A DNA stretch of 64,000 nucleotides from Bdellovibrio sp. GTDB taxonomy: Bacteria; Bdellovibrionota; Bdellovibrionia; Bdellovibrionales; Bdellovibrionaceae. The notes beneath the pieces were generated by a model, which saw only the letters and a program-made list of their open reading frames with translations, did no database searches and had not been told where the DNA came from. Location: the NCBI GenBank assembly GCA_036677065.1, contig JAKFBS010000011.1:64001-128000 (forward strand), given 5' to 3'. Of the stretch, positions 9,370 through 18,789 are shown in pieces (position 1 is the first letter of the stretch; the number at the start of each line of letters is the position of its first letter). The translations under genes were made by a program, and so were the position numbers.

Positions 9370-10311
9370 ATGAAAATGTTTCTGGGATTTTTATTCGTTA
9401 TTTTAAACGCAACATTTTCCTACTCTGCCGATTTGGCGCAATCTCAATACGCTACTGTCGCTAAAATTCTGGCTACTCCCGTTAAAGGGCTTAGTGCTCC
9501 TGGTGGTATTGGCACTGGTGTTCTGATTGAAAAGACTCAAGGCTTTGTGCTTACGAATATCCACGTCATCGTTACGTGCTTTGATGCCCTTGGCGAAACC
9601 AACCCATGGCACCCCTCTAATGCAGTCATTGGCAAAACCTGTCCGCAAACAACACTAGAAATTATTTTTCCTAATGCTGACGGCCTAACCAGTACAGGAA
9701 CCGCTAAAATTTTAGCGATTGGAAATCCGGCTCACGCCGGGGCTAATAGCCTTCTGAATGATTGGGTGATTCTACAAATTGATCCAACCATAGTTAAAAA
9801 TATTCCCGCTCTTAAAGCTTTTTCGCGCGAATTAATCCCCGGCGAAAGCATTCATTTTACAGGATTTCCTGCAGCCCCTGTCGGAGAAAAATTAGCAAAC
9901 ACACCAGGATTTTATTCAAGCGCAGGTCAAATTTTATCTTCGTCTTATGCCTCTGAAATATCGAAATCTATTTATGAATCCCTTAATTTATCAGCGGCTA
10001 ATTTTAATTCTTTAAGAGACTTCACTTTGAATAATTTATTTAATAACACGAGTGTTTTCTTTCACGATGCTCTGATTATTGGTGGCTACAGTGGCAGTCC
10101 CGTTTTTGATCAGTCCGATATTATGGTGGGAATAGTTTTTGGCAATGCAAGTGCTTGGGATTATAATTTTGGCGAATACCCTGCAGCACTTGGGGCTGAT
10201 GCCAGTAATCCATCTAAACCCGCAAACAAACTTTCAGCTGGAGTTCTTTTAAAATCCATTTGTGAAAATTTATCTGTGGATATTAAATCGAAAATTAATT
10301 TTTGCTATTAA
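9370..10311 (+). CDS. Secreted trypsin-like (S1) serine protease
   Basis: Signal peptide; triad motifs 'VLTNIHV', 'NDWVIL', 'GYSGSPVF'; SD GAGGTG before ATG 9370. Confidence 0.85.
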   Translation: MKMFLGFLFVILNATFSYSADLAQSQYATVAKILATPVKGLSAPGGIGTGVLIEKTQGFVLTNIHVIVTCFDALGETNPWHPSNAVIGKTCPQTTLEIIFPNADGLTSTGTAKILAIGNPAHAGANSLLNDWVILQIDPTIVKNIPALKAFSRELIPGESIHFTGFPAAPVGEKLANTPGFYSSAGQILSSSYASEISKSIYESLNLSAANFNSLRDFTLNNLFNNTSVFFHDALIIGGYSGSPVFDQSDIMVGIVFGNASAWDYNFGEYPAALGADASNPSKPANKLSAGVLLKSICENLSVDIKSKINFCY

Positions 10312-10792
10312 GAATTTCTTTGATACGAACTTTTAGTTTTTCGATATCAAAAGGTTTTTTGATGTAATCGTCGGCGCCAACTTCGCGGCCTTTTTGTAAA
10401 TCTTCTTCTTCAGCCGATGCTGATAAGAAAATTAATGGAATATGTTTTAGTTCGCGGTGCTCTTTAAGCATTTGCGCTAATTCAAAACCGTTCACCCAAG
10501 GTAAACCCACATCCATAATGATAAAATGCACTTCGATGTCTTCGTCTAATAGCGCCGTCAATTGCGCAGCATCAGCTGCCAATTTTACTTGGTAGCCATC
10601 TGATTCTAAAATTCTTTTTAATGAAGTACGTTGAGTTTCTTCATCCTCGATCACTAAGATCGTTGTCGGATGAAGTTTGTTTGAAGCATCACGAAACTGA
10701 TCTAGGGCCACGACTTCCTGACCAGCAATACGTTGCTTAGTCAGTTTTTCGATTTTGCGGATTAAATCAGAGGTGCTTAATTTTTTAGTCAT
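10295..10792 (-). CDS. Single-domain response regulator with about 40-aa N-terminal extension
   Basis: 'ILVIEDE', 'IIMDVGLP', 'FLSA', 'YIKKPF'. Confidence 0.9.
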   Translation of the reverse strand: MTKKLSTSDLIRKIEKLTKQRIAGQEVVALDQFRDASNKLHPTTILVIEDEETQRTSLKRILESDGYQVKLAADAAQLTALLDEDIEVHFIIMDVGLPWVNGFELAQMLKEHRELKHIPLIFLSASAEEEDLQKGREVGADDYIKKPFDIEKLKVRIKEILNSKN

Positions 10793-10808
10793 GTGCTTCC
10801 TTAGAGTC

Positions 10809-11750
10809 CTATACGTGCTGTGCTTCTAACCATCTTTCGCAATCAATTGCTGCCATACAACCTGTACCGGCTGCAGTAATTGCTTGGCGGTATACAGAAT
10901 CCTGCACATCGCCTGCGGCAAACACACCCTCAATATTCGTGTATGTTGTGCCTGGTTTTGTCTTGATATATCCCACATCATTTAGCTCTAGCAGTCCATT
11001 AAAAAGCTTCGTATTAGGCTGATGTCCAATAGCTACGAACAGGCCTTGCAGGTTCTTAGTCGTAACATCGGCCGTCTTAGTTGATTTTAGACGAAGTCCA
11101 GTCACAGATTTACCGTCACCGATCACTTCTTCAACGACAGTGTTCATAATAAATTCAATTTTAGGATTAGCTTTTGCGCGATCTAACATAATTTTAGAAG
11201 CTTTGAAATTTTCACTTCTGTGAATCACATAAACTTTAGTCGCAAAACGAGTTAAGAAATTAGCTTCTTCCATCGCCGTATCACCGCCACCTACAACAGC
11301 GACTTCAACGTTTTTGAAAAATGCCCCGTCACAAGTTGCGCAAGCTGATACGCCGCGGTTCATGTATTGTTTTTCACTTGGTAAACCAATGTATTTCGCA
11401 CTGGCACCCGTAGAAATAATAATAGAATTTGTTAAGTGCACATCGTTACCAACATGAACTTTAAATGGTTTAGCTGAACAATCTACTTTAGTGACGTTAC
11501 GAGTGATGTAGCGAGTTCCAAAACGCTCCGCTTGTTTGCGCATAACTGCAACTAGTTCAGGGCCAGTTACACCATGAGCAAAACCGGGAAAGTTTTCAAC
11601 TTCAGTTGTAATCATTAGCTGACCACCGGCTTCTTCGCCTTCGATCATTAAAGGATTTAGATTTGCACGAGCCGTATAAACCGCTGCTGTTAAGCCTGCT
11701 GGACCCGAACCGATGATAATTACATTTTCAATTTTTTGCGCTTCTGACAT
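10809..11750 (-). CDS. trxB: Thioredoxin-disulfide reductase
   Basis: GSGPAG, CATC, GGGDTA, AAGDV motifs; SD GGAG before ATG 11750. Confidence 0.97.
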   Translation of the reverse strand: MSEAQKIENVIIIGSGPAGLTAAVYTARANLNPLMIEGEEAGGQLMITTEVENFPGFAHGVTGPELVAVMRKQAERFGTRYITRNVTKVDCSAKPFKVHVGNDVHLTNSIIISTGASAKYIGLPSEKQYMNRGVSACATCDGAFFKNVEVAVVGGGDTAMEEANFLTRFATKVYVIHRSENFKASKIMLDRAKANPKIEFIMNTVVEEVIGDGKSVTGLRLKSTKTADVTTKNLQGLFVAIGHQPNTKLFNGLLELNDVGYIKTKPGTTYTNIEGVFAAGDVQDSVYRQAITAAGTGCMAAIDCERWLEAQHV

Positions 11751-11831
11751 ATAAACTCCACTCAAATATTCACTCAAGATGGTAAAGTTTATCGAATCTA
11801 ATTGATAGACAAAAGAGATAACGCCTATTGG

Positions 11832-12455
11832 TTAATTTAAAGAATCGATCAGCTGCAAAGCTACATTTTCAGCAGACTTAGCTAAGCCCTGCTGACGAGG
11901 CCAGCTCAATGCAGGTAGCATGTCAGTTTCGATGTAACCGGGCGAAAATAAGTCGATTTTGAACTCAGTTTTGTTTTCTACCTGCAAAGTCGTAACTAAA
12001 CCTTTTAAGGCATGTTTTGCTGCACAATAGCTAGCCGCCCCTGGATCTGGTTTGTTTTCGGCAATCGCCGAACCCACGACCACAAACTTTTTCAAACTTG
12101 CAGGAGTTGTTTGCATCAACGAATGTAAAAGCTGCGCCGGAAATAAAAAACTCACATTCAGCGCCCACTGATGGTCGGCCCATTTTTTATCTTGAAAATT
12201 ACCGTAAGGACCACCAGCGGCAAAATAAATAATGGTCGTTGGTTTAAAATCAGAAATCTGGGTTAAAAATTCAGTCGTTAAGTCTTTGGCGAAATCATAT
12301 TTAAACGATTGGTAATTACCTTCAGCAATTTTACGCGAAACTAATAAAAATTCTGCAGCCGGATATTTTTTAGCTAACGCCTGATAGGTCGCATGGCCTA
12401 GCCCGCGGCTAGCACCCAGCAAAATAAATTTGTGCGCGGAACGATCTTCATTCAT
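11832..12455 (-). CDS. Short-chain dehydrogenase/reductase
   Basis: 'GASRGLG', 'YCAAK', 'SPGYIETDM'; start chosen at ATG 12455. Confidence 0.85.
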   Translation of the reverse strand: MNEDRSAHKFILLGASRGLGHATYQALAKKYPAAEFLLVSRKIAEGNYQSFKYDFAKDLTTEFLTQISDFKPTTIIYFAAGGPYGNFQDKKWADHQWALNVSFLFPAQLLHSLMQTTPASLKKFVVVGSAIAENKPDPGAASYCAAKHALKGLVTTLQVENKTEFKIDLFSPGYIETDMLPALSWPRQQGLAKSAENVALQLIDSLN

Positions 12456-12466
12456 ACTTTTCTTAT

Positions 12467-12742
12467 ATGCCAACTCTATCGATTCCACAAAAGAATTTGG
12501 AAATCTCTGTTGCCGACGGGAAAAACCTCATGGATGCGCTGATCGAAGCAGGTTTACCAGTAGCCTCAAGCTGCCACGGCGATGGCATTTGTTCAAAATG
12601 CGCCGTTTTAATGACTCCGCAAGGAACCCGCTCTGAACTAGAAATCAAAACTGCCCAGCGCAATAAATTACCAGACATCATGCGTTTAAGTTGCCAGGTT
12701 TTTGTCGATAAAGACTTAACAGTAGCCACAACTTACTGGTAA
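12467..12742 (+). CDS. 2Fe-2S ferredoxin
   Basis: 'SCHGDGICSKC...RLSCQ'. Confidence 0.9.
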   Translation: MPTLSIPQKNLEISVADGKNLMDALIEAGLPVASSCHGDGICSKCAVLMTPQGTRSELEIKTAQRNKLPDIMRLSCQVFVDKDLTVATTYW

Positions 12743-12752
12743 ACAATTTCGC

Positions 12753-13373
12753 ATGAACAAATTATCGTTAAATGTAAAAGACCTCGAGCAGTTACTGCCG
12801 ATCATGAAGAAAAATTCGTTGGCCACAGTGATTGCCCATGCTGATAACCAGCTTGTGACCTGCCCGTTGCCATTAGTGTCTGAATTTAAAAATAACAAGC
12901 TGACTATTTACGGACACCTATCAACACGCAACCCCTTAGCAAAACATTTAAAAATCGCCTCTGAAATTACCATTTTATTTCATGGCCCGAATACTTATAT
13001 CAACTCAAGTTGGTATGAAGTCGATGACGTTTCAACATGGAATTATATCACCGTACAAGCTTCGGGAAAGCCAGCAACTCACGAAGATTACGCTTCACTC
13101 ATTGATATCTTAAAAAAGACTACTGCTTTAGCGAATGAAAACTATGCCGATCAATGGGATTTTAATATTCCGTCAGATTTACAGAACGAAAGTGAATTAG
13201 AAGCAGCCATCATGGGATTTTCTTTAACGCCGACAAATATTTCTGGTCGCTTTAAATTAAGCCAATCAAAATCTGCAGCTGATCAACGCAACATTATTGC
13301 TGAATTAGAAAACCGAACCGATTCAGCTAGCCACCAAATCGGCGAATTCATGACGAAAAACTTTAAAGACTAA
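12753..13373 (+). CDS. PaiB-family FMN-binding protein
   Basis: 'GHLSTRNP', 'FHGPNTYINSSWY', 'TWNY', 'FKLSQSK'. Confidence 0.85.
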   Translation: MNKLSLNVKDLEQLLPIMKKNSLATVIAHADNQLVTCPLPLVSEFKNNKLTIYGHLSTRNPLAKHLKIASEITILFHGPNTYINSSWYEVDDVSTWNYITVQASGKPATHEDYASLIDILKKTTALANENYADQWDFNIPSDLQNESELEAAIMGFSLTPTNISGRFKLSQSKSAADQRNIIAELENRTDSASHQIGEFMTKNFKD

Positions 13374-13437
13374 TTTTCGGTCTTAAGCCGGAAGTTTACC
13401 GTCGTCAGGGCGCGACATAATATTCTTACTCAGGTTT

Positions 13438-13803
13438 CTATTGAATAGCGCATTCAAAACCGATGATGTTTCCAATTGGGTCTTGAATTTGTACAATGGT
13501 TCTTTGAATTTCAGAAACCACAAGCAGTCCTCGATAGACTTTGCCACCAAGAGATTCTGCTTTTTTAACTAAAGCATCCAAATCATCAACCAGCCAATAT
13601 CCTACTGAGCCACCCGTTGACAGAGGGTTTTTCAGATCGGGCACAGTAATATCAAAACAAGTTTGTCCAATTTTAAAAGAAACAAAATTTTCTGAATCTT
13701 CCAGAGGTTCTAAACCCAAAAAATCTTTATACCAATCACGGCTCTTCTGCACATCATCTGAAAAAATACGAATAGTCGAAAATTCTTTAATTTGAAAACT
13801 CAT
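13438..13803 (-). CDS. VOC/glyoxalase family protein
   Basis: 'SRDWYKDFLG', 'DPIGNIIG'. Confidence 0.85.
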   Translation of the reverse strand: MSFQIKEFSTIRIFSDDVQKSRDWYKDFLGLEPLEDSENFVSFKIGQTCFDITVPDLKNPLSTGGSVGYWLVDDLDALVKKAESLGGKVYRGLLVVSEIQRTIVQIQDPIGNIIGFECAIQ

Positions 13804-13811
13804 AATAATTC

Positions 13812-14369
13812 CTATTTTGTATTACGAAACTTTAACCAGTCTTCTTTTTTTAGTTCCCAAACTTCATGTTCTGTCAGTTTGGGATCAACAAATTTAGCAG
13901 GCTCTACCCTAATAAGGCGGCAACCAGTTTTTTCTTTCACACGACGAGAAGCAGTATTTCCTACGGCATTGGCAAAACACAAAACAGAAAATCCTAATTC
14001 GTTAAATGCATAATCCATAACTGGCTCTACAGCTTCAGTCATGATGCCTTTTCCCCAGTATTTTCGACTTAACCAGAAGCCACGATTTTCAGGTTTACCT
14101 TTTCGCCAAAGATCCACACAACCGATAAGTTCATTCGGATTTTCTTTTAAAAAAACTCCCCAAACCCAACGGTCTTTTCCCTAATTGGGTATAACAAGAT
14201 TTTTTAGAAAACTTAAAGCACCGTCATCCGGATACGGCCACGGCACGAAGTGAGATAAATGACGAATTACTTCATAATCGTGAAAATGCTTTTGCCAATG
14301 TGAAGCATGAGCTTCTACGGCTTCGCGAAGAATTAATCTTTTGGTTTCTAGAGTAGGCAGTGTGCTCAT
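13812..14369 (-). pseudogene. RimJ/RimL-type GNAT acetyltransferase interrupted by an in-frame TAG at 14181-14183
   Basis: ORFs 14181-14381 and 13812-14117 share a frame; linker reads VIPN*GKDRWVWGVFLKENPNELIGCVDLW; motifs 'LETKRLILR', 'YWGKGIMTEA', 'NTASRRV'. Confidence 0.8.
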
Positions 14370-14433
14370 AAATGTAAGCATATTGCCGCACGCTGACGAC
14401 AGTCAACATCCGGCACAAGAGTGCAAAGCAGAA

Positions 14434-15180
14434 TTAATCTTTAATTAAACGGACGTAATTAATTTCGACACCTTGCTTAGTAAAGATTTTTTCAAATCCT
14501 GTGGCAAAGTTTTCGTCTTTGTACTTATTATTTTCGCTGTACAAATTCAAAGTTTGAAATTCAATACGGTATTTAGAAGCTTTGATTTCTTCTAAAGCCC
14601 ATAAGAAATACTCTCTAGAATCTGTTTTGAAATCTAAAAAATTACCCGGGCGTTGCATATCAAAAAGCCAGTCTAAGATAATGCGATTTACCACGCGATT
14701 TTTTGGTTTGTGCGGTGATGTCCATGGATCAGGAAAATGAATAAATACGTTATTCACTTCGTTTTTTTCGAATAATAAATCTAAATTAAACGCGTGGTAT
14801 CGGCAGATGGCTGCGTTTTTGTTTCCGCCCATGCGAGCACGGCGAATTGATTGAATTAACGGTTTATATTTTAATTCTAAGCCCACAAGCAGACGTTCTG
14901 GATAACGAGTCACCCAGTGTGCGAAGTGATGGCCTGCGCCTGTACCGATTTCAACATCCATCGGGTGCTGGTCATCGACTTTAAAAATTTGGCTGCGCCA
15001 TTTGCCTTTGTTTTCTGGAGAACGCTCTTCGTTGAACGCGAAATCTTTGTACTCATTATCCAACGCCAGCGAATACTCGGTGGGTTTTGGTAAGGTGCGA
15101 GTTAAATTAATGATCGGGCGTTTAAGCACTTTGACGTGTTTAAAGTAATCGACTTTATCAAATTTTTCGGTTTGTTCCAT
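14434..15180 (-). CDS. trmB: tRNA (guanine-N7)-methyltransferase
   Basis: 'EIGTGAG', 'FPDPW', 'FKTD'. Confidence 0.92.
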   Translation of the reverse strand: MEQTEKFDKVDYFKHVKVLKRPIINLTRTLPKPTEYSLALDNEYKDFAFNEERSPENKGKWRSQIFKVDDQHPMDVEIGTGAGHHFAHWVTRYPERLLVGLELKYKPLIQSIRRARMGGNKNAAICRYHAFNLDLLFEKNEVNNVFIHFPDPWTSPHKPKNRVVNRIILDWLFDMQRPGNFLDFKTDSREYFLWALEEIKASKYRIEFQTLNLYSENNKYKDENFATGFEKIFTKQGVEINYVRLIKD

Positions 15181-15204
15181 AGACAGCCTTATCGCATAAG
15201 CGAC

Positions 15205-16206
15205 TTAAGCTGTCTTTTTATTTTTGTCGAAAAGCGCAATAACTGAAGACTTTTCAAGTTTATGTAAACGGTCAAAACTAGGATCATAACAAACCACGCG
15301 GTTACGGCCTTGGTGTTTAGCTTCGTATAAGGCAGAATCCGCTCTGCGCACTAGTTCTTTGGCCGCAATAGAGACTGATGGATCGCCATCGTAAGTGGCA
15401 AAACCAATCGATAAAGTTAATTTAATTGAGTCAGGGCCTGAGCTAAACGTATGTTGCTCAACGCGATTACGTAGCTTTTCGCAGAAAAATCCAACACCAG
15501 ATAGTGGAATTTCTGATAACACGATTAAAAATTCATCACCGCCGTAGCGAGCTGGAATATCCACGGTGCGCGTGTTTTGGCGAATAATTTTACCCACTTC
15601 AGAAATAACAAAACTTCCGAATAAATGATCATGCCCATCATTCACAGATTTAAATTTATCCATGTCGATCATAATCACAGTCACTGGGCGAATAAAACGT
15701 TGAGCGCGTTCAATTTCAAATTCTAATTTTTGGTATAACGAGCGCGTATTGAATAATCCTGTCAGATCATCAATCTCGATCATTTCTTGTAATTTTTGAT
15801 TCGAAGCCATTAGCTCTTCTTGCATATCACGCATACGCAATTGCGTACGAACACGGGCCAAAAATTCCATAGGAACAAACGGCGAGCTGATAAAATCAGA
15901 AGCCCCTAAATCTAAAAATTGAGTGATTTTCTCAGTCGTTGGGTTCGTTGAAACCACAAGCACTGGAACTTTTTGCAGTGTCGAAAACAGATTATTTACG
16001 AAAATAAAGCCATTACCTTCAGCAAAATCCGGGTCTAAAATAATTAATTGCGGGCGCAGATAATTTAGCGCTTCAGTAGCTTCTTTTTCAGAAGTAAAGC
16101 CATGAACATCGTAGCCTTCCCAGCGAAGGGGTTCTACCATCAGTTCAAGCGTTGTTGGGTCCTCGTCTAGGACTAAAATGGGCCTCTGTTTTGGATCCTT
16201 TTTCAT
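15205..16206 (-). CDS. Receiver-GGDEF diguanylate cyclase
   Basis: REC domain; 'DDLTGLFN', 'DMDKFKSVND', I-site RTVD, 'RYGGDEF'. Confidence 0.93.
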   Translation of the reverse strand: MKKDPKQRPILVLDEDPTTLELMVEPLRWEGYDVHGFTSEKEATEALNYLRPQLIILDPDFAEGNGFIFVNNLFSTLQKVPVLVVSTNPTTEKITQFLDLGASDFISSPFVPMEFLARVRTQLRMRDMQEELMASNQKLQEMIEIDDLTGLFNTRSLYQKLEFEIERAQRFIRPVTVIMIDMDKFKSVNDGHDHLFGSFVISEVGKIIRQNTRTVDIPARYGGDEFLIVLSEIPLSGVGFFCEKLRNRVEQHTFSSGPDSIKLTLSIGFATYDGDPSVSIAAKELVRRADSALYEAKHQGRNRVVCYDPSFDRLHKLEKSSVIALFDKNKKTA

Positions 16207-16337
16207 AGATAAGTTATCGACACTAAAACGAACTTTCTAGAGACAAACCGCACCATTTTTTCGCAGTTTTTTAACAATTCTTCTCATTATGAGATTTTCG
16301 ATATAGTGTTATGTCTTGCCGGAGGCATGCAGAGTAT

Positions 16338-18731
16338 ATGAAACACAACGAAATCGAATCAAAATGGCAACAGGCCTGGACTAAAGCAGAAGCTTACAAG
16401 GCTGACAACAACTCGACCAAACCAAAATATTACGCGCTCGATATGTTCCCTTACCCGTCTGGATCAGGTTTACATATGGGTCACATCGCATCTTACACGC
16501 CGACAGATATTGTTTCTCGTTATAAAAGAGCGATGGGTTTTAATGTGTTACACCCTATGGGTTACGATGCTTTCGGTTTACCTGCAGAACAGTATGCCAT
16601 TCAAACTGGTGTGCATCCGGCGATCACAACGCAAAAATCAATCGAGAGTTTCAGAGCCACACTTCAGCGCTACGGATTTAGCTTTGACTGGTCACGCGAA
16701 ATTTCAACGTGCGATGAGAGCTATTACAAATGGACGCAATTTATCTTCTTAAAACTTTTTGAAAAAGGTTTAGCTTACCAAAAAGAAGTTCCGGTAAACT
16801 GGTGCCCCGCTTTAAAAACTGTTTTAGCCAACGATGAAGTGATTGATGGTAAATCAGAGCGCGGTGGCCACCCCGTCATCCGTAAACCAATGAAGCAGTG
16901 GATGTTAAAAATCACTGACTACGCAGAACGTTTATTGAATGACCTTGATAAAATCGACTGGCCCGAACGCACTAAAGAAGCACAACGTAACTGGATCGGC
17001 AAATCCGAAGGTGCAGTTGTAAAATTTAAAGTTAAAGGCTCTGAAGCCGACTTTGAAATCTTCACGACCCGCCCAGACACTATGTTTGGCGTGACGTTTA
17101 TGGTGTTAGCTCCAGAACATCCTTTAGTTAAAAAATTAACTTCTCCGGTGCAACAAAAAGATGTGGCTGATTATATCGAATCTTCTGCGAAAAAATCTGA
17201 AGTTGATCGCAAAGCCAACACTGAAAAAACAGGCGTCTTCACTGGCGGCTTTGCCGTAAACCCTGTAAGCGGCAAAGACATTCCCGTATGGATTGCAGAT
17301 TATGTGATGATGGATTACGGCACTGGCGCTATCATGGCAGTTCCTGGCCACGACGAGCGTGATTTTGAATTTGCGACCCAATTTAAAATTCCAATTGTGC
17401 GTGTTTTAGAATCAGACACTGATTTACCTTTCACTGGTGAAGGCAAATTAATGAATTCTGAGACACCAGAATTCAGCTTAAATGGCTTAACAAAAACTGA
17501 AGCCATTAAAAAGATGAATACTCATCTTGAAGAAAAAGGTTTGGGAAAAAAACAAGTTCAGTACAAACTGCGCGATTGGTTATTTTCGCGCCAACGTTAC
17601 TGGGGTGAACCGTTTCCAGTTTACCATGAAGATGGGCAAATCAAACCCATTCCGTTAAATGAACTTCCGGTGATTTTACCTCAGGTGGCGAATTACGAGC
17701 CTTCTGAAAAAGGTGAAGCTCCACTGGCGAACAACAAAGACTGGGTTAAATACGGTAAAGGCCACCGCGAAACCGACACTATGCCTGGGGCTGCGGGCTC
17801 TTCATGGTATTTCTTGCGCTATGCTGATCCACATAATACGACAGCGCCATTTTCTGCTGAAGCGATCAAGTACTGGTTACCCGTAGATCTTTATGTTGGC
17901 GGTGCCGAACATACCGTAGGTCATTTATTATATTCACGTTTTTGGACGAAGGTGCTTTTTGATGTCGGCTTATGTTCTGTTGATGAACCGTTTAAAAAAT
18001 TGGCTCACCAAGGAATGATTTTAGGACCAGATGGTGAAAAAATGTCAAAATCACGCGGCAATGTGATTCCTGCCGATGATGTGGCTAAAGAAACTGGTGT
18101 TGATGCTTTACGCTGCTACGTTAGCTTCTTGGGGCCAATGGATAAAGATAAACCTTGGTCAGAAACCGGCATCGATGGCGTTCGCAGATTCTTAGACCGC
18201 CTTCAACGTTTGGCCGTCAACGAGCAAACTGGCGAAGTGATCGCTACAGATGCCGCCCTGCCAGCAGAAGTTGAAAAATTATTACACAAAACGATCAAAA
18301 AAGTTTCGCAAGATATCGAAGCATTAAATTTCAACACCTGCATCAGTTCGATGATGATTCTGGTCAACGAACTTTATAAACACGAATGCAGATCGAAAAA
18401 AGCGTTGTTGCCATTAGCCCAATTATTACAGCCATTTGCTCCGCATATCGCTGAAGAAATCTGGCATTTATTAGGTGGCGCAGGCTTAGTCGTGACGGCT
18501 CCGTGGCCAAAATTCGATCCCGCACTTTGCCAAGACGACACAGTCACCATGGGCGTTCAAGTGAACGGCAAAATGCGTGGCACGGTAGAACTAGCTGTAG
18601 CCGCTGACGAAGCCACCGCGGTGGCGGAGGCACTAAAAATCGCTGCTGTAGCTCAAGCCCTAAACGGCGCTGCTCCCGCAAAAGTGATTTACAAAGCTGG
18701 CAAAATTTTAAATCTAATCGCCGGTAAATAA
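16338..18731 (+). CDS. leuS: Leucine--tRNA ligase
   Basis: 'MFPYPSGSGLHMGH', 'TTRPDT', 'KMSKS'; start 16338 or 16311. Confidence 0.98.
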   Translation: MKHNEIESKWQQAWTKAEAYKADNNSTKPKYYALDMFPYPSGSGLHMGHIASYTPTDIVSRYKRAMGFNVLHPMGYDAFGLPAEQYAIQTGVHPAITTQKSIESFRATLQRYGFSFDWSREISTCDESYYKWTQFIFLKLFEKGLAYQKEVPVNWCPALKTVLANDEVIDGKSERGGHPVIRKPMKQWMLKITDYAERLLNDLDKIDWPERTKEAQRNWIGKSEGAVVKFKVKGSEADFEIFTTRPDTMFGVTFMVLAPEHPLVKKLTSPVQQKDVADYIESSAKKSEVDRKANTEKTGVFTGGFAVNPVSGKDIPVWIADYVMMDYGTGAIMAVPGHDERDFEFATQFKIPIVRVLESDTDLPFTGEGKLMNSETPEFSLNGLTKTEAIKKMNTHLEEKGLGKKQVQYKLRDWLFSRQRYWGEPFPVYHEDGQIKPIPLNELPVILPQVANYEPSEKGEAPLANNKDWVKYGKGHRETDTMPGAAGSSWYFLRYADPHNTTAPFSAEAIKYWLPVDLYVGGAEHTVGHLLYSRFWTKVLFDVGLCSVDEPFKKLAHQGMILGPDGEKMSKSRGNVIPADDVAKETGVDALRCYVSFLGPMDKDKPWSETGIDGVRRFLDRLQRLAVNEQTGEVIATDAALPAEVEKLLHKTIKKVSQDIEALNFNTCISSMMILVNELYKHECRSKKALLPLAQLLQPFAPHIAEEIWHLLGGAGLVVTAPWPKFDPALCQDDTVTMGVQVNGKMRGTVELAVAADEATAVAEALKIAAVAQALNGAAPAKVIYKAGKILNLIAGK

Positions 18732-18789
18732 TTTATTGCACCCCCCTAAAAAAACTGTATAAAAAAGTATTAATTTTTTAGGGGGTTTC

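Noticed and set aside
12430..12729. Alternative ORFs 12430-12636 (+) and 12463-12729 (-)
   Set aside because: Overlap the ferredoxin, which has a clear Cys motif
14181..14183. Genome-wide TAG reassignment or pyrrolysine
   Set aside because: TAG ends many normal-length genes here (e.g. 13438, 26899, 31263, 46096, 61691) and no pyl genes are visible
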